DNA of 64,000 nt from Chlamydiales bacterium (GCA_965206695.1 CBDBKM010000005.1:73244-137243), one strand, 5' to 3'; numbered from the stretch's first letter, positions 1-9,736 are shown. Program-made: numbers and translations. Notes: generated by a model from the sequence alone, not told the origin.

Positions 1-1
1 A

Positions 2-352
2 GAATATGCTTATAAAAGAGGGTTAAATCTCATATTAGTAACCGCAGCTCCCTATAAGCTTGCCAAATGTTTTTTAAAAAGCCATAACATCATGCATTAC
101 TTTCAATCGATTCAAACCAATGACTGTTTAAAAATAGCAAAGCAAGATCCTGCCTTTTATAAACAGGTATTGTCAAAATATGCTCTTGCTGCAAATGAAG
201 TTCTTTTGATTGAAGATTCGATGAAAAATATTTTAGCTGCTAATTTGGCCGGAATGAAAAGTATGCTAATCGCTCATAGGGCTTTTTTTCATCCTCTGCC
301 CTCTCATAATAATTTTAAAACACTCAAACACTTATTAAGCTTGCAACCATGA
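2..352 (+). CDS. HAD-superfamily hydrolase, C-terminal portion (5' end outside window)
   Basis: Frame is open from the window edge into ORF 92..352. The stretch VLLIEDSMKNILAANLAGMKSMLI resembles the HAD motif IV region (D-S-x-x-[DN]-I-x-A-A-x-x-A-G-M). Confidence 0.55.
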   Translation, partial: EYAYKRGLNLILVTAAPYKLAKCFLKSHNIMHYFQSIQTNDCLKIAKQDPAFYKQVLSKYALAANEVLLIEDSMKNILAANLAGMKSMLIAHRAFFHPLPSHNNFKTLKHLLSLQP

Positions 353-1095
353 CATCAGACTTAAATCTTAAAACGTATCCCGTCACCGAAACGTTTTCTG
401 TCATCAATCAAGAGAAAAGTTTTTCCTATAATGATAAAGAATCTCATTTTATTGATGAGAATTGGAAAACCCTTTTAAAAACAAGCCACAAATCTTTATT
501 TAACGGTCAAATTTTTTGCATCGACACATTTGATTCTGAATTACTTATAGGATTCTATGTTGAATACAAACAATTCCTGGCTCATAGAATAAACCCTAAG
601 CTGAAAAAAAAATATCCCTTAATCTCCCTAGGCGTTAGCGGTATCACATTTTTTAAAGACCATCTTCTTTTTGGGACGCGTTCGAATCAAGTCTATTCAT
701 ATAATAAATATCTGGAGTTGGCTCCTTCCGGAAATGTGGATGACAGCTGCAAACAAGGTGATAATATACTTTATCGTAAGCAGCTATTATTAGAATTGGA
801 ACAAGAGACAACGATTGCATCGAAATATGTCACAACACTTACACCCTTTACGCTTCTTTATGATAGGCAAGAAGAGTATTATGATATTTGCATGCTCGTC
901 ATACTCGATGATAACTGCCCAATAAGTACAGAGCCTAATGACGAGTATGACTCTCTTTCTTTGCTTTCCTTAAAAGAGCTCCCTCGCTTTCTGGAATCGA
1001 AAAAAAATAATATTATACCCCCCTCCTTAGCTGTGCTAAAACTCTCTTATATTAAAGATACAATCGCAAAAATTTTACTTGCATACGGTGACTAA
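349..1095 (+). CDS. hypothetical protein, possibly a degenerate Nudix-like fold
   Basis: 248-aa ORF whose ATG overlaps the upstream stop (ATGA). LELAPSGNVD...RKQLLLELEQETTI loosely resembles a Nudix box. No confident family assignment. Confidence 0.45.
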   Translation: MTSDLNLKTYPVTETFSVINQEKSFSYNDKESHFIDENWKTLLKTSHKSLFNGQIFCIDTFDSELLIGFYVEYKQFLAHRINPKLKKKYPLISLGVSGITFFKDHLLFGTRSNQVYSYNKYLELAPSGNVDDSCKQGDNILYRKQLLLELEQETTIASKYVTTLTPFTLLYDRQEEYYDICMLVILDDNCPISTEPNDEYDSLSLLSLKELPRFLESKKNNIIPPSLAVLKLSYIKDTIAKILLAYGD

Positions 1096-1273
1096 CTGCC
1101 TTAAAAGGCATGTTGATTAAATTGGTTGATATCCAATGAGTTCACACATTTAATTATAAGTAACTGTTTTCTTCATTACTTTCTCACCTTACGCAAAGGT
1201 GACGTAAAGAAAGTTTTTTATTTTTATAATTTTTTCTCTAATTATGAGGAAAAAATATGGAGTTTATTCATTA

Positions 1274-2198
1274 TAGTGAATAAACTTTAATTTTTCTTTT
1301 ATATATGTTATTTTTTTGACATGGCATATTCAACTGATTTAAGACAAAAGGCTTTAGCCTATATAGAAGGAGGAGGCTCTCAGGTAGAGGCCGGGCGTAT
1401 TTTTGGTGTAACAACACGTACTTTATTGAATTGGATAAATAGAAAAAAAGCAGGTCGTTTAGCTGCCGCGACAACAAGAAAACGCAAACCTTATAAAATT
1501 GACGGAGATAAACTGAATCATTATATTGAAAAGCATCCTGACAGCTATTTGAGAGAAATAGCTGCTGTTTTCAGTGTATCCGTTAACGCCATATGCAAAG
1601 CATGTAAGCGCTTAAAGATCACTTTAAAAAAAAGACGCCCTTCTACAGGGAACGGGATGAGAAAAAAAGAGAGGTGTTTCAAAAAGAGTTAAAGCACATC
1701 CCTCCTGAAAATAGAGTCTATATTGATGAAAGCGGTATCAATGAATATCTCGATCGTCAACATGGCAGAGCTTTGAAGGGAAAATTGATTTATGGAGCCG
1801 TATCAGGTCATCGTTATCAGAGGGAAAGCTTTATAGCAGCAAAAAATGAATCACGTATTTTTGCTCCCTTTTGTTATACTGGTACTTGCAATACGCTATT
1901 ATTCAATACATGGCTTGAGCAGGTACTTATTCCTGAATTGAAGCCCGGGCAGGTTGTTATTATGGATAATGTAAGTTTTCACAAGTCTAAGGAAACCATA
2001 GACATTATCCAAAGCAAAGGGTGCCGTATTTTATTTCTGCCTCCTTATTCTCCTGATCTAAATCCAATTGAGCAATTTTGGGCAAATTTTAAAAGAAAAA
2101 TAAAAGAAACTCTTAAGCTCTATTCAGGGTTAGCAGAAGCTATCGATAGTGCTTTTGTTGAGGTGTGTAATATATGAAATATTAAAGTTTATTCACTA
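1274..2198 (+). mobile_element. IS630/Tc1-mariner family insertion sequence with complete ends
   Basis: Perfect 17-bp terminal inverted repeats TAGTGAATAAACTTTAA. TA target duplication at 1272-1273 and 2199-2200, with the uninterrupted target CATTATGATAC visible in the intact IS4 copy. 925 bp. Confidence 0.85.
1321..2177 (+). CDS. IS630-family transposase in two overlapping frames (HTH part 1321-1692, DDE part 1674-2177)
   Basis: HTH N-terminus (MAYSTDLRQKALAYIEGGGS). DDE part with YIDESG, VIMDNVSFHKS and PPYSPDLNPIEQFW. The frames fuse as ...LKKKTPFYRERDEKKREVFQKEL if the A8 tract 1626-1633 is read with a -1 shift. Confidence 0.75.
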
Positions 2199-2228
2199 TA
2201 TGATACAGATAAGAAATTTATTTTAGGC

Positions 2229-2619
2229 ATGAAGTCCAACAGACTCATCGCTTTCTCAGAAGAAGCAAGAAAAAAAGGTCAGTATCACAATCTTGAATCG
2301 GTTAATTTCAAGGATGGAGAAAAAAAGATAGTCCGGCTTAAAGATTTATCTTTTCCCGTTTCCTTAGTGAAAAAAGTCTTCAAAAACGAAGATAATTCCA
2401 CGGGGACTCTATACCTTGTGAGCAACGACTTAAACCATGATACTGACTCATTCTATGAGATCTACAAAAAACCATATTTTTGCATCTCTTATATCTTATT
2501 GCAAGCCGGAATTTTTAAAAATTAAAACCCATCTTAACCATTTTGCCCTAAAATACAAATTATTGATCAAAGCAAATCAGGCTACCTTTCATGAGCCGGA
2601 AAAATTATATGCTATTTGA
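2229..2619 (+). pseudogene. IS4-family transposase, C-terminal fragments
   Basis: MKSNRLIAFSEEARKKGQYHNLES... is near-identical to residues of ORF 58204..59253. It is frameshifted near the YREK motif region. Confidence 0.7.
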
Positions 2620-2639
2620 TTTTGCGTAACATAAGTTAC

Positions 2640-3412
2640 TTTCCAAAGCCTTATCTATTGTATTTAAATTTGGTGAATAGGGAAGAAGCAATAGAATGTG
2701 ACAACCTGCTTGTTTTATAAGTTGTTGTGAATATTGAGATTTATGAAAAGTTGCATTATCCATAATAACAACTTGACCGGGTTTAAGTTCCGGAATAAGA
2801 AAATCTTTTAACCATAGATTAAATAACTTAGTATCACATGTTCCCGTATAGCAAAAAGGAGCTAAGATTCGAGATTGATTCTTTGCTGCGATAAAACTTT
2901 CACGTGCATATCGCATTCCTAAAACGGCTCCGGATACTTGAATTAATCCCGCTCTCATCTACATAAACACGATTTTTCATGGGAATATTTTTTAGTGTTT
3001 TTTGAAACTCTTGTCGTTTTTTTTCATCTCTTTCTTTGTAGAACGGGATCTTTTTTTTAAGGTTAGTTTCAAACGTTTACAGGTATAAAAAATAGCCGGT
3101 ATCCTAACACTCGATTCTTGAGCAATGTCTTTAAGATAGGCATCCGGATATTGTTGAAGATATTGCTTAAGTTTATGATGATCAATTTTACTTGGGCTAG
3201 GGCGCCTTTTGTTAGGAGCTAAGATCTGCAGCCTTTCTCGAGAAAATCCGGTTCGATAAAGTGCGGGTTGTAACTGAAAAAATGATACTTGCCTCTTTTC
3301 GTATTCCCACATTTTTAATATATTTTAAAGCTTGTTTTCTTAAATCAAGTGAATATGTCATCCGGATATTTTACATGAATAAAATGAAAAATAAAATTTA
3401 ATTTACTATAAA
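2640..3412 (-). pseudogene. IS630-family transposase, degenerate copy (second lineage)
   Basis: ORFs 2992..3312 and 2605..2958 carry HTH and DDE pieces (VVIMDNATFHKS, LLPYSPNLNTI). The MTYSLDLRK N-terminus lies in another frame near 3360. Several frameshifts are present. Confidence 0.65.
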
Positions 3413-3893
3413 TGGCGTCTGTTTCTCTCAGTCAAGCCTACCGGGGCCATTAACAGGGTTTTTGAAAACAAAATGATGATGCTTTAGCCCGGATGTCATC
3501 TCTTCTGTGTTATAGGAAATGTTATAGTGTTTTAAGACAGACGCACATAGACTCTGAACCCTTCTATTAAGTGTATTGAGAAAGATATTGCACTCGTTCT
3601 TTCATTTGCCGTTTGGATCCTTTACCGGCTGATCCTCCTTTGGTATCATGCTAAGTTTTTCCTTCTGATTGACATCCCTTCAAATACCCATAAACACTCG
3701 AGCGGCTTAAGCGCAGAACATGAGCAATGTGATCAGGCTCTGACCGTCATCTCATGCAAGAAGCACACATAAACGATTACGTTCATTCATTCAAAAGTGC
3801 TTCTTTGATGTGGCGTTAATTGGTTCATACAAAACTAATATCATATTTATCCTTTTTTATGTACCTTATCAGTAGCGAAGAATATATACCTAA

Positions 3894-3996
3894 GGCAGTC
3901 GGTAATTTAAGCCTTTGGAGATCGTGTTAGACTAACACTTATTAGCAATGGTCGTTGAATGAGGAATCCCTTCATTTTAGGGTTGGACTCTGTCAG
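3894..3996 (+). repeat. IS200/IS605 right-end module (putative omegaRNA scaffold), solo copy 1, degenerate terminus
   Basis: GGCAGTCGGTAATTTAAGCCTTTGGAGATCGTGTTAGAC...TTTAGGGTTGGACTCTGTCAG aligns with the modules attached to the tnpB 3' ends at 23955, 38050, 43155 and 49103. No tnpB lies next to it. Confidence 0.6.
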
Positions 3997-4089
3997 ATTA
4001 TATAAAAAATTTGGTCTTTAATTTTTGATCTCAAAATAGTTTTTTGACCCTTTGTTAAAGGGTTTTATAACAAGAACGCCTACTAAGAT

Positions 4090-4632
4090 ATGCAACGCTA
4101 TTCTAAAACATTATTATTCATCGCCTTTCTCTTATCATGTCTACCTGCTGCATTAAGTCCTATTATCTTTCCTAATCTTAAAATAACTTATTTCGCTCCT
4201 TTTTTAGTTTTACTTTTCTATCAACGCTCTCTTTTGGCTACTTTATGGATCTCATCTTTAATCGGATTAAGCCTTGACTTAGTTTCATCGTACAGCTTGC
4301 TGGGTATGTATGCTGTGAATTATTGCGTAACAACACTTCTATTATATCATTTAAAACGGCTTCTTTTTCAGGATCAACTTTCTACCGTTCCACTTTTAAG
4401 CTTTTTATTTGGTATTATATCAACTCTCATAGAAGTTATAATCCTTACCCTATCACATGTGACTCTTTCACTTTCATTTGGATGGTTTATATCCGATCTT
4501 ATCATCATGCCTTTCTGTGATGCCTTATTTGCTTTCATTGGATTTGTTTTGCCCATATTTCTATTGAGCCATCTTCCCTTTGTAAAAATGCAGGTGAAAC
4601 GACCCAAAACACTCATATTAAAAACGCCATAA
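4090..4632 (+). CDS. polytopic membrane protein (MreD-like is only a guess)
   Basis: 180-aa ORF with about 5 hydrophobic segments, located upstream of folD. No diagnostic motif was recognised. Confidence 0.5.
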   Translation: MQRYSKTLLFIAFLLSCLPAALSPIIFPNLKITYFAPFLVLLFYQRSLLATLWISSLIGLSLDLVSSYSLLGMYAVNYCVTTLLLYHLKRLLFQDQLSTVPLLSFLFGIISTLIEVIILTLSHVTLSLSFGWFISDLIIMPFCDALFAFIGFVLPIFLLSHLPFVKMQVKRPKTLILKTP

Positions 4633-4701
4633 TTAACGAGACAAGTTGTCAAGAACCAAGATATACGAGTATACTTTTAATTTAATTTTTTTGGGACCAT
4701 A

Positions 4702-5547
4702 TTGATGATTATAGATGGAAAAAAAATAGCTAAAGAAATCCGTTTAGAAATGGCTTCTTTAATTAGTAAACATAAAACCCCTCCCGGCTTAGCTTTTATC
4801 TTAATAGGCGATAATCCTGCCTCTGAAGTATACGTTCGAATGAAAAAGAGGGCTTGCGAAGACGTCGGTATAAAATCTCAAGTTTTTACCCTACCCAAAA
4901 CCATTTCTCAAGATAAATTGATTATTATGATCGAAAAGATGAATCAAGATCCATCTATCGATGGTATTTTGGTTCAATTACCCTTACCTCACCATATTGA
5001 TTCACCTCAACTCATGCAATGTATTGACCCGAAAAAAGATGTCGATGGTTTCCATCCTATCAATATGGGAAAACTATTAACGGGCATACCGGGAGGCTTT
5101 GTCCCTTGTACTCCGTTAGGTATTCAAATGATTTTAACAAGATCACAAGTTAAAATTGAAGGTAAGCATGTTGTCATACTTGGTCGAAGCAACATCGTCG
5201 GTAAACCATTAGCCGCTCTTTTAATGCAAAAAAAAGAAGCGGCTAACGCTTCTGTCACCGTGCTTCATAGCCTAAGTGAAAATTTACATAGCATACTAAG
5301 AGAAGCGGATATATTGGTGGCAGCACTTGGAAGACCACATTTTGTTAAAAAGGATATGATTAAAGATAAGGCTGTAGTAATAGATGTCGGCATTAATCGA
5401 ATAGACAATCATTTAGTAGGAGATGCTGATTTTGATAATATTAAAGATAAATGTTCGTATATTACCCCCGTTCCCGGCGGAGTAGGCCCTATGACTATCG
5501 CCATGCTGCTTTCAAATACCCTTCTTAGTTATCAGAGAAAACAATGA
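4702..5547 (+). CDS. folD: bifunctional methylenetetrahydrofolate dehydrogenase/cyclohydrolase
   Basis: Motifs IIDGKKIAKEIR, YVRMKKRACEDVGI, DGILVQLPLP, VVILGRSNIVGKP and PVPGGVGPMT. TTG at 4702 or ATG at 4705 as start. Confidence 0.95.
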   Translation: MMIIDGKKIAKEIRLEMASLISKHKTPPGLAFILIGDNPASEVYVRMKKRACEDVGIKSQVFTLPKTISQDKLIIMIEKMNQDPSIDGILVQLPLPHHIDSPQLMQCIDPKKDVDGFHPINMGKLLTGIPGGFVPCTPLGIQMILTRSQVKIEGKHVVILGRSNIVGKPLAALLMQKKEAANASVTVLHSLSENLHSILREADILVAALGRPHFVKKDMIKDKAVVIDVGINRIDNHLVGDADFDNIKDKCSYITPVPGGVGPMTIAMLLSNTLLSYQRKQ

Positions 5548-6531
5548 AAAAGATTATGATTCTTTACCTGTTGTTATTCTCTTCCTGCAATCATCCGGAT
5601 TCAAAAAAACGTCAGGTTACTCACTTCGAAGGCATCGCTATGACCATCCCCTATCGCATGACGATAGGGAAAAATTTAAATGATCAAGAATGGCATCTTG
5701 TACAAGATACCGTTCTTACTGCATTTGACAATACTCATCAAACTTTTGACAATTGGAATCTTGATTCCGAAATCTCTTTATTAAACACACTATCTGCATA
5801 TGAAGTCGCTAACATCTCTGAAGAAATGTATCAGTTTTTATTAATGGTAAATCAAATGTATACCCTAACAGAAGGTCGTTTTGATCCTGCTATAGGAGCA
5901 TTGAAAGCCATCTGGAAGCAAACTGCTATTAATGGAGAAGAACCCTTTATTAATCTCAATACTAATTGGCACTCGATTCATTTTACTGAGTCTACTTTCT
6001 ATAAAGATAACACAGCTGTTCAATTAGATTTCTGTGGTATTGCTAAAGGATATACGATTGATCAAATCGTTATTGCCTTACAAGAAAAAGGCTTTGCCGA
6101 TCTCTTTATAGAATGGGGGGGGTGAAATTCGCGCTTCAGGCTCTTATCCGGATAATCGTCCCTGGCAAGTATCTCTTTATCCCAAAAATTCTCTTATGAA
6201 TAATCCGCCTAAAACCATACCCCTTATCAATCAGGCCATAGCAACTAGTGGAGATTATTTAGACCGGTGGCCGGATCAAAAAAACAATACCGTTTGTTTT
6301 CATATCATTAACCCCGGCAATCACCAACCCCTACAGGTTACCTCTCATTCCATAACATCTGTATCGGTATGTGCATCTAACTGCATGATAGCTGACGCAC
6401 TTGCAACCGCCGGCATGATTTTTGATTCTATAGATGATGCTGAAGATTGGGCAAGAGGTGTTCAACGTACATTGCCGGAAACGACATTCTATTTTTACCA
6501 AAGAAATCCTGATAAACTTGATTCACTTTAA
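5544..6531 (+). pseudogene. apbE: FAD:protein FMN transferase ApbE lipoprotein, interrupted by a +1 frameshift in a G8 tract (or a sequencing error)
   Basis: Lipobox-like LLLFSSC. ORFs 5544..6125 and 6196..6531 re-join as IEWGGEIRASGSYPDNRPWQVSL...AIATSGDY if one G is removed from the 6115-6122 run. Confidence 0.85.
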
Positions 6532-6588
6532 AAAAAAATTTAGTAATATATTTTCCTGCTTCCACATGATAACAAAGGGTGCTTCAAT

Positions 6589-7427
6589 ATGAAAAAAATT
6601 ATAATACCTATTCTTTTAATCGGAATAACTTTTAGCGGTATGTACGCTTATAAAAGATTTTCTAATCCTTATGTCACATGTGATTTTAGAGGGCAATTGG
6701 GTAATAACATGTTCCAAATAGCCACTGCTACAGCTCTTGCAATGGATAATAGAGCGACTCCTATTTTCCCAACTGTAAAAAAAAAGCAAGAATGGTCGTT
6801 TAAATAAAAAACATGTCTTTCATCGATTGCAAACAACAAAACATTTAGGCAAATGGACTGTCTTTGTCGAGGAAGAGGATTACTGTCACTATCATCCTAT
6901 CCCATACCAACCTAACCTTAAGATTTCCGGTTTTTTTCAAACAGAAAAATACTTTGTCCATCATAGAGAAACGATTCAAAAACTTTTCGGCTCCTAAGAC
7001 CAAGCTAAAAAAAGAGATCACCAAAAAATATGCTCCTCTTTTAAATCAACCCCATGTCGCCCTTCATGTCAGGACATTTTTAGGCGATAACCGCAACCCG
7101 GATGATGACCCTAATTTTTGGAATTACTTCTAAAAGCTCTTGGAACACTTTCCCAAAAACCACATGGTAATTGTTTTTCTGATTTTATGGACTGGACCAA
7201 AGAACACTTTCCTATAACCGAGCATAACGTCGTCTTTATTGAAGGAAATCCTCACTATTATGATTTTCACTTCATGACTATGTGTGATCATCAAATAACA
7301 TCTCCGGCTCTTCTTTTCATGGTGGGCCGGTTGGCTAAATACCTATCCGGATAAAAAAGTTGTAGCTCAAGCAGGATGGGGAGGTGTTGAAAGTGAGGCG
7401 ATTCCGGAATCTTGGATACAAATATGA
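6589..7427 (+). pseudogene. glycosyltransferase family 11 (alpha-1,2-fucosyltransferase-like), multi-lesion pseudogene
   Basis: GQLGNNMFQIATA, HVALHVRTFLGD, VFSDFMDW and SWWAGWLNTYPDKKVVA are spread over all three frames. Frameshifts lie at A9 6777-6785, GG 6989-6990, T5 7174-7178 and about 7300-7317. There is an in-frame TAA at 7131-7133. Confidence 0.75.
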
Positions 7428-7679
7428 TAAAATAATTGCCATATAATTACCTGTTTAGTAGTATTTTCACTTGCTTTCCACTCATCAGTCCGGTTTGAGT
7501 GGGTATAGCGGCCCCGGATTACTGTCTTGTCTTGCCTACTAATTTCATAAATACAACATACCTTACGCACGCCTTCCGGTAAGCAAGCTACAGAATCAAT
7601 CCCTACTTAGGAGGTTTCTTTAATCCTCTACCAACCCATTTTAAATTAAAGTAGGATTACTCTCGTTTTGTAGTAGTAT

Positions 7680-7839
7680 CAGTTTCCAAGGCTATGAGTT
7701 TTTATGAAACCCTTTCCGTATGCCCTACGGTAATTTTGAAAAACAACAGTATTGAAATAAAAAGAACTGTTTAATACAAGAGAAGAACGCTCTCATCCCA
7801 ATGCTAAAGCAAAGGGTTTTCTCGCTTGATTGTCATAAA
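7680..7839 (-). repeat. non-autonomous IS605-derived mini-element (LE hairpin plus degenerate RE-like part)
   Basis: TGCCCTACGGTA...GAAATAAAA...ACGCTCTCATCCCAATGCTAAAGCAAAGGGTTTTCTCGCTTGATTGTCATAAA is homologous to 21540-21665 and to the LE ends of the IS605 copies. It has no coding capacity. Confidence 0.45.
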
Positions 7840-8117
7840 GATACGAAACGAAAACAAAAAACGACCCGGTTTGGCTTGAGTGGATATTGAAGTGCAAGAG
7901 CTTCTAAAGGCCCTGGAGCTATCCTTTTTTTCTGTTTATTTAGATCCGGTAGGTCACAAAGAGCTGTTTCAATCCCTCCTTGTTTAGGAGGCGTGAGTGC
8001 AAAAAAATCTCCATTTTATGCCGGAAAATCTAAAGTCGGGCAATTTGATTTTTCTAAAGGAGTTTTTCCACCTAACTCTTTTAAACAAAAATCCGTTAAA
8101 CTGTGAATAACAGTAAC

Positions 8118-9314
8118 TTACGGATCAATTTTTTTTACCGAAAACTTGTCTGCCAGTAATATAATAATAAAACCAATTATTACCACTAGAATAATAGGTA
8201 AAAATTGGTATGAAAAATTTTTCGGCCAAATAGGCTCAATTAATTCAAGATGAATACCGTTAAAAGGATGAAGAGGATTCAGAACATAACGAGAAGACCA
8301 AAAAGGCCATATTGATTTTAAAGCTCCAATCATGATGCCACATAAAAAGGCAATAGTCACACTAGAATAATACTTTAAAAGCCAAAACAAAAAACGTGAA
8401 AATATCACTAATCCGATAACAATGCCAATTCCCATATTCAAGAGAGTCCAAAACGCATCCTCATAAATCCTCCCTTGAGTAAACCCCATGCTAAAATCTG
8501 CCAGGGAACCAATGATAAGAGAATACAATCCCAACATATGCATTAGATAGCTTCCTGAAATACCGGGCAGAAGCATCGCCGATACAGCCAAAATACCACA
8601 ACAGACTAACCAAGGGTTAAAATAATGAACTTCTTGAGCCTCAACAAAATCTCTTGCTACTTTGACTTCATTCAGTAAATAACTGTAAACGGGAGTGTCA
8701 TCAAAAATAATACCCTTACTTAACATAGCGCTCAATGTCGCTTCATTTACACCTGTTAACATCTGAGTATCTTCACGATAATTATGTGCTAAATCAAGAT
8801 TTTTTTGAGCCGTATACACCCCTAGAGATACATCATACACAGGCTCATTTTGAGTAGGTAATTTAATTGATAGAAGCAAAATAATTGTTCCGATACCCAA
8901 AGCTAGAGCTATAAACTCTTTTTTAGTCCAATTTCTAACTTCTTTGAAACACAAGAAAATAGAAGCTCCTACCAATCCAATAAAAAAAGCATAGAAATAC
9001 GTTCGTAATGGCTCTTGATTGAGAAGATAGCGAATAAGAGTAGAAAATATTACTAAACTTAATGAAATACCGATGACTATAGCCGTAATAAATTTCCAAG
9101 GAATTAAAGATGAAAAGGCTTTAAATTTTCCTCGAAAGAGTAAGAGAATCGTTTTTCTATTGAAACTACGAATAGCTTGTAATAAATCGGCATATATCCC
9201 ACTAAGAAAAGCAACGGTCCCACCTGATATCCCGGGTATTAAATCAGCTATTCCCATTAACATTCCAATGCCGCAAATGTTAAACCAACTTTTTGAAACA
9301 TCTTCTTTGGACAT
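8118..9314 (-). CDS. DUF368 family membrane protein (PopT-like polyprenyl-phosphate transporter candidate)
   Basis: Two DUF368 signatures (GIADLIPGISGGTVAFLSGIY and LLPGISGSYLMHMLGLY) and about 10 TM segments. An extra hydrophilic insert of about 80 aa (nt 8616-8861) is present. The start overlaps the rodZ stop (TAATG). Confidence 0.85.
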   Translation of the reverse strand: MSKEDVSKSWFNICGIGMLMGIADLIPGISGGTVAFLSGIYADLLQAIRSFNRKTILLLFRGKFKAFSSLIPWKFITAIVIGISLSLVIFSTLIRYLLNQEPLRTYFYAFFIGLVGASIFLCFKEVRNWTKKEFIALALGIGTIILLLSIKLPTQNEPVYDVSLGVYTAQKNLDLAHNYREDTQMLTGVNEATLSAMLSKGIIFDDTPVYSYLLNEVKVARDFVEAQEVHYFNPWLVCCGILAVSAMLLPGISGSYLMHMLGLYSLIIGSLADFSMGFTQGRIYEDAFWTLLNMGIGIVIGLVIFSRFLFWLLKYYSSVTIAFLCGIMIGALKSIWPFWSSRYVLNPLHPFNGIHLELIEPIWPKNFSYQFLPIILVVIIGFIIILLADKFSVKKIDP

Positions 9315-9736
9315 TAAAGGACGTCCATATATTTAGCAAATATCCAAAGCGCCAATAATCCCAAGAATGAAGCTCCGATCCAGAGCACATTTGGTAACCA
9401 TTTAACTCCTGAACCCGGAGCCCCTCTTACTTCAAGAGTGCCTAAGCCATAAGCAAATTCTTGTTTACATTGAGGGTCTTTTAAAGACTGTAAGTTTTCA
9501 TTAATCAACCTATCGCCATCCAAGCCAAGAAATTGGGCGTACTGCTTAATAAAGCCTTGAGCATATACAGGTGAAATTAAATTATTTAACCTCCCTTGTT
9601 CGATTGCTTGAAGATAATTAATTCGTATGGATGTACCGTTTTCAATTTCTTTTAGAGAAAAGTTTCTTTCTGTACGTCTTTCTTGTAATAAACCACCAAC
9701 ATGCTTCAATTGATCATTTAAACTCAGATCATTCAT
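9314..9736 (-). CDS. rodZ: RodZ-like cytoskeletal adaptor (HTH plus a single TM)
   Basis: XRE-type HTH FSLKEIENGTSIRINYLQAIEQGRL...PVYAQGFIKQYAQFLGLD followed by a C-terminal TM (VLWIGASFLGLLALWIFA). Its 140 aa matches the short chlamydial form. Confidence 0.75.
   Translation of the reverse strand: MNDLSLNDQLKHVGGLLQERRTERNFSLKEIENGTSIRINYLQAIEQGRLNNLISPVYAQGFIKQYAQFLGLDGDRLINENLQSLKDPQCKQEFAYGLGTLEVRGAPGSGVKWLPNVLWIGASFLGLLALWIFAKYMDVL

Larger units (their letters stand above)
1172..2638 (+). mobile_element. IS4-family element remnant, internally deleted and split by a nested IS630
   Basis: Its left-end sequence (1185-1262) and C-terminal transposase and right-end sequence (2201-2632) match the intact copy at 58170-59335 in reverse orientation. 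About 530 bp of the 5' coding part are missing. It is flanked by ATAAGTAACT (1156-1165) and ATAAGTTACT (2631-2640). Confidence 0.6.

Noticed and set aside
4323-4652. ORFs 4323..4520(+) and 4374..4652(-) inside the 4090..4632 membrane-protein gene
   Set aside because: They are alternative-frame or antisense ORFs fully nested in a longer, hydrophobic, better-supported ORF.
7479-7486. CTGATGAG (reverse strand), resembling a hammerhead ribozyme core
   Set aside because: No complementary helix II or GAAAC element follows. The motif is simply one arm of a local hairpin (CCACTCA...TGAGTGG).
7367-7570. ORF 7367..7570(-) and a CCGGAAGG motif reminiscent of SRP RNA
   Set aside because: The ORF overlaps the tail of the GT11 pseudogene and has no family features. 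The SRP-like motif lacks the surrounding conserved GGAAGCAGCC helix 8 context.
9073-9336. ORF 9073..9336(+)
   Set aside because: It is antisense to the DUF368 gene, which has clear family signatures.
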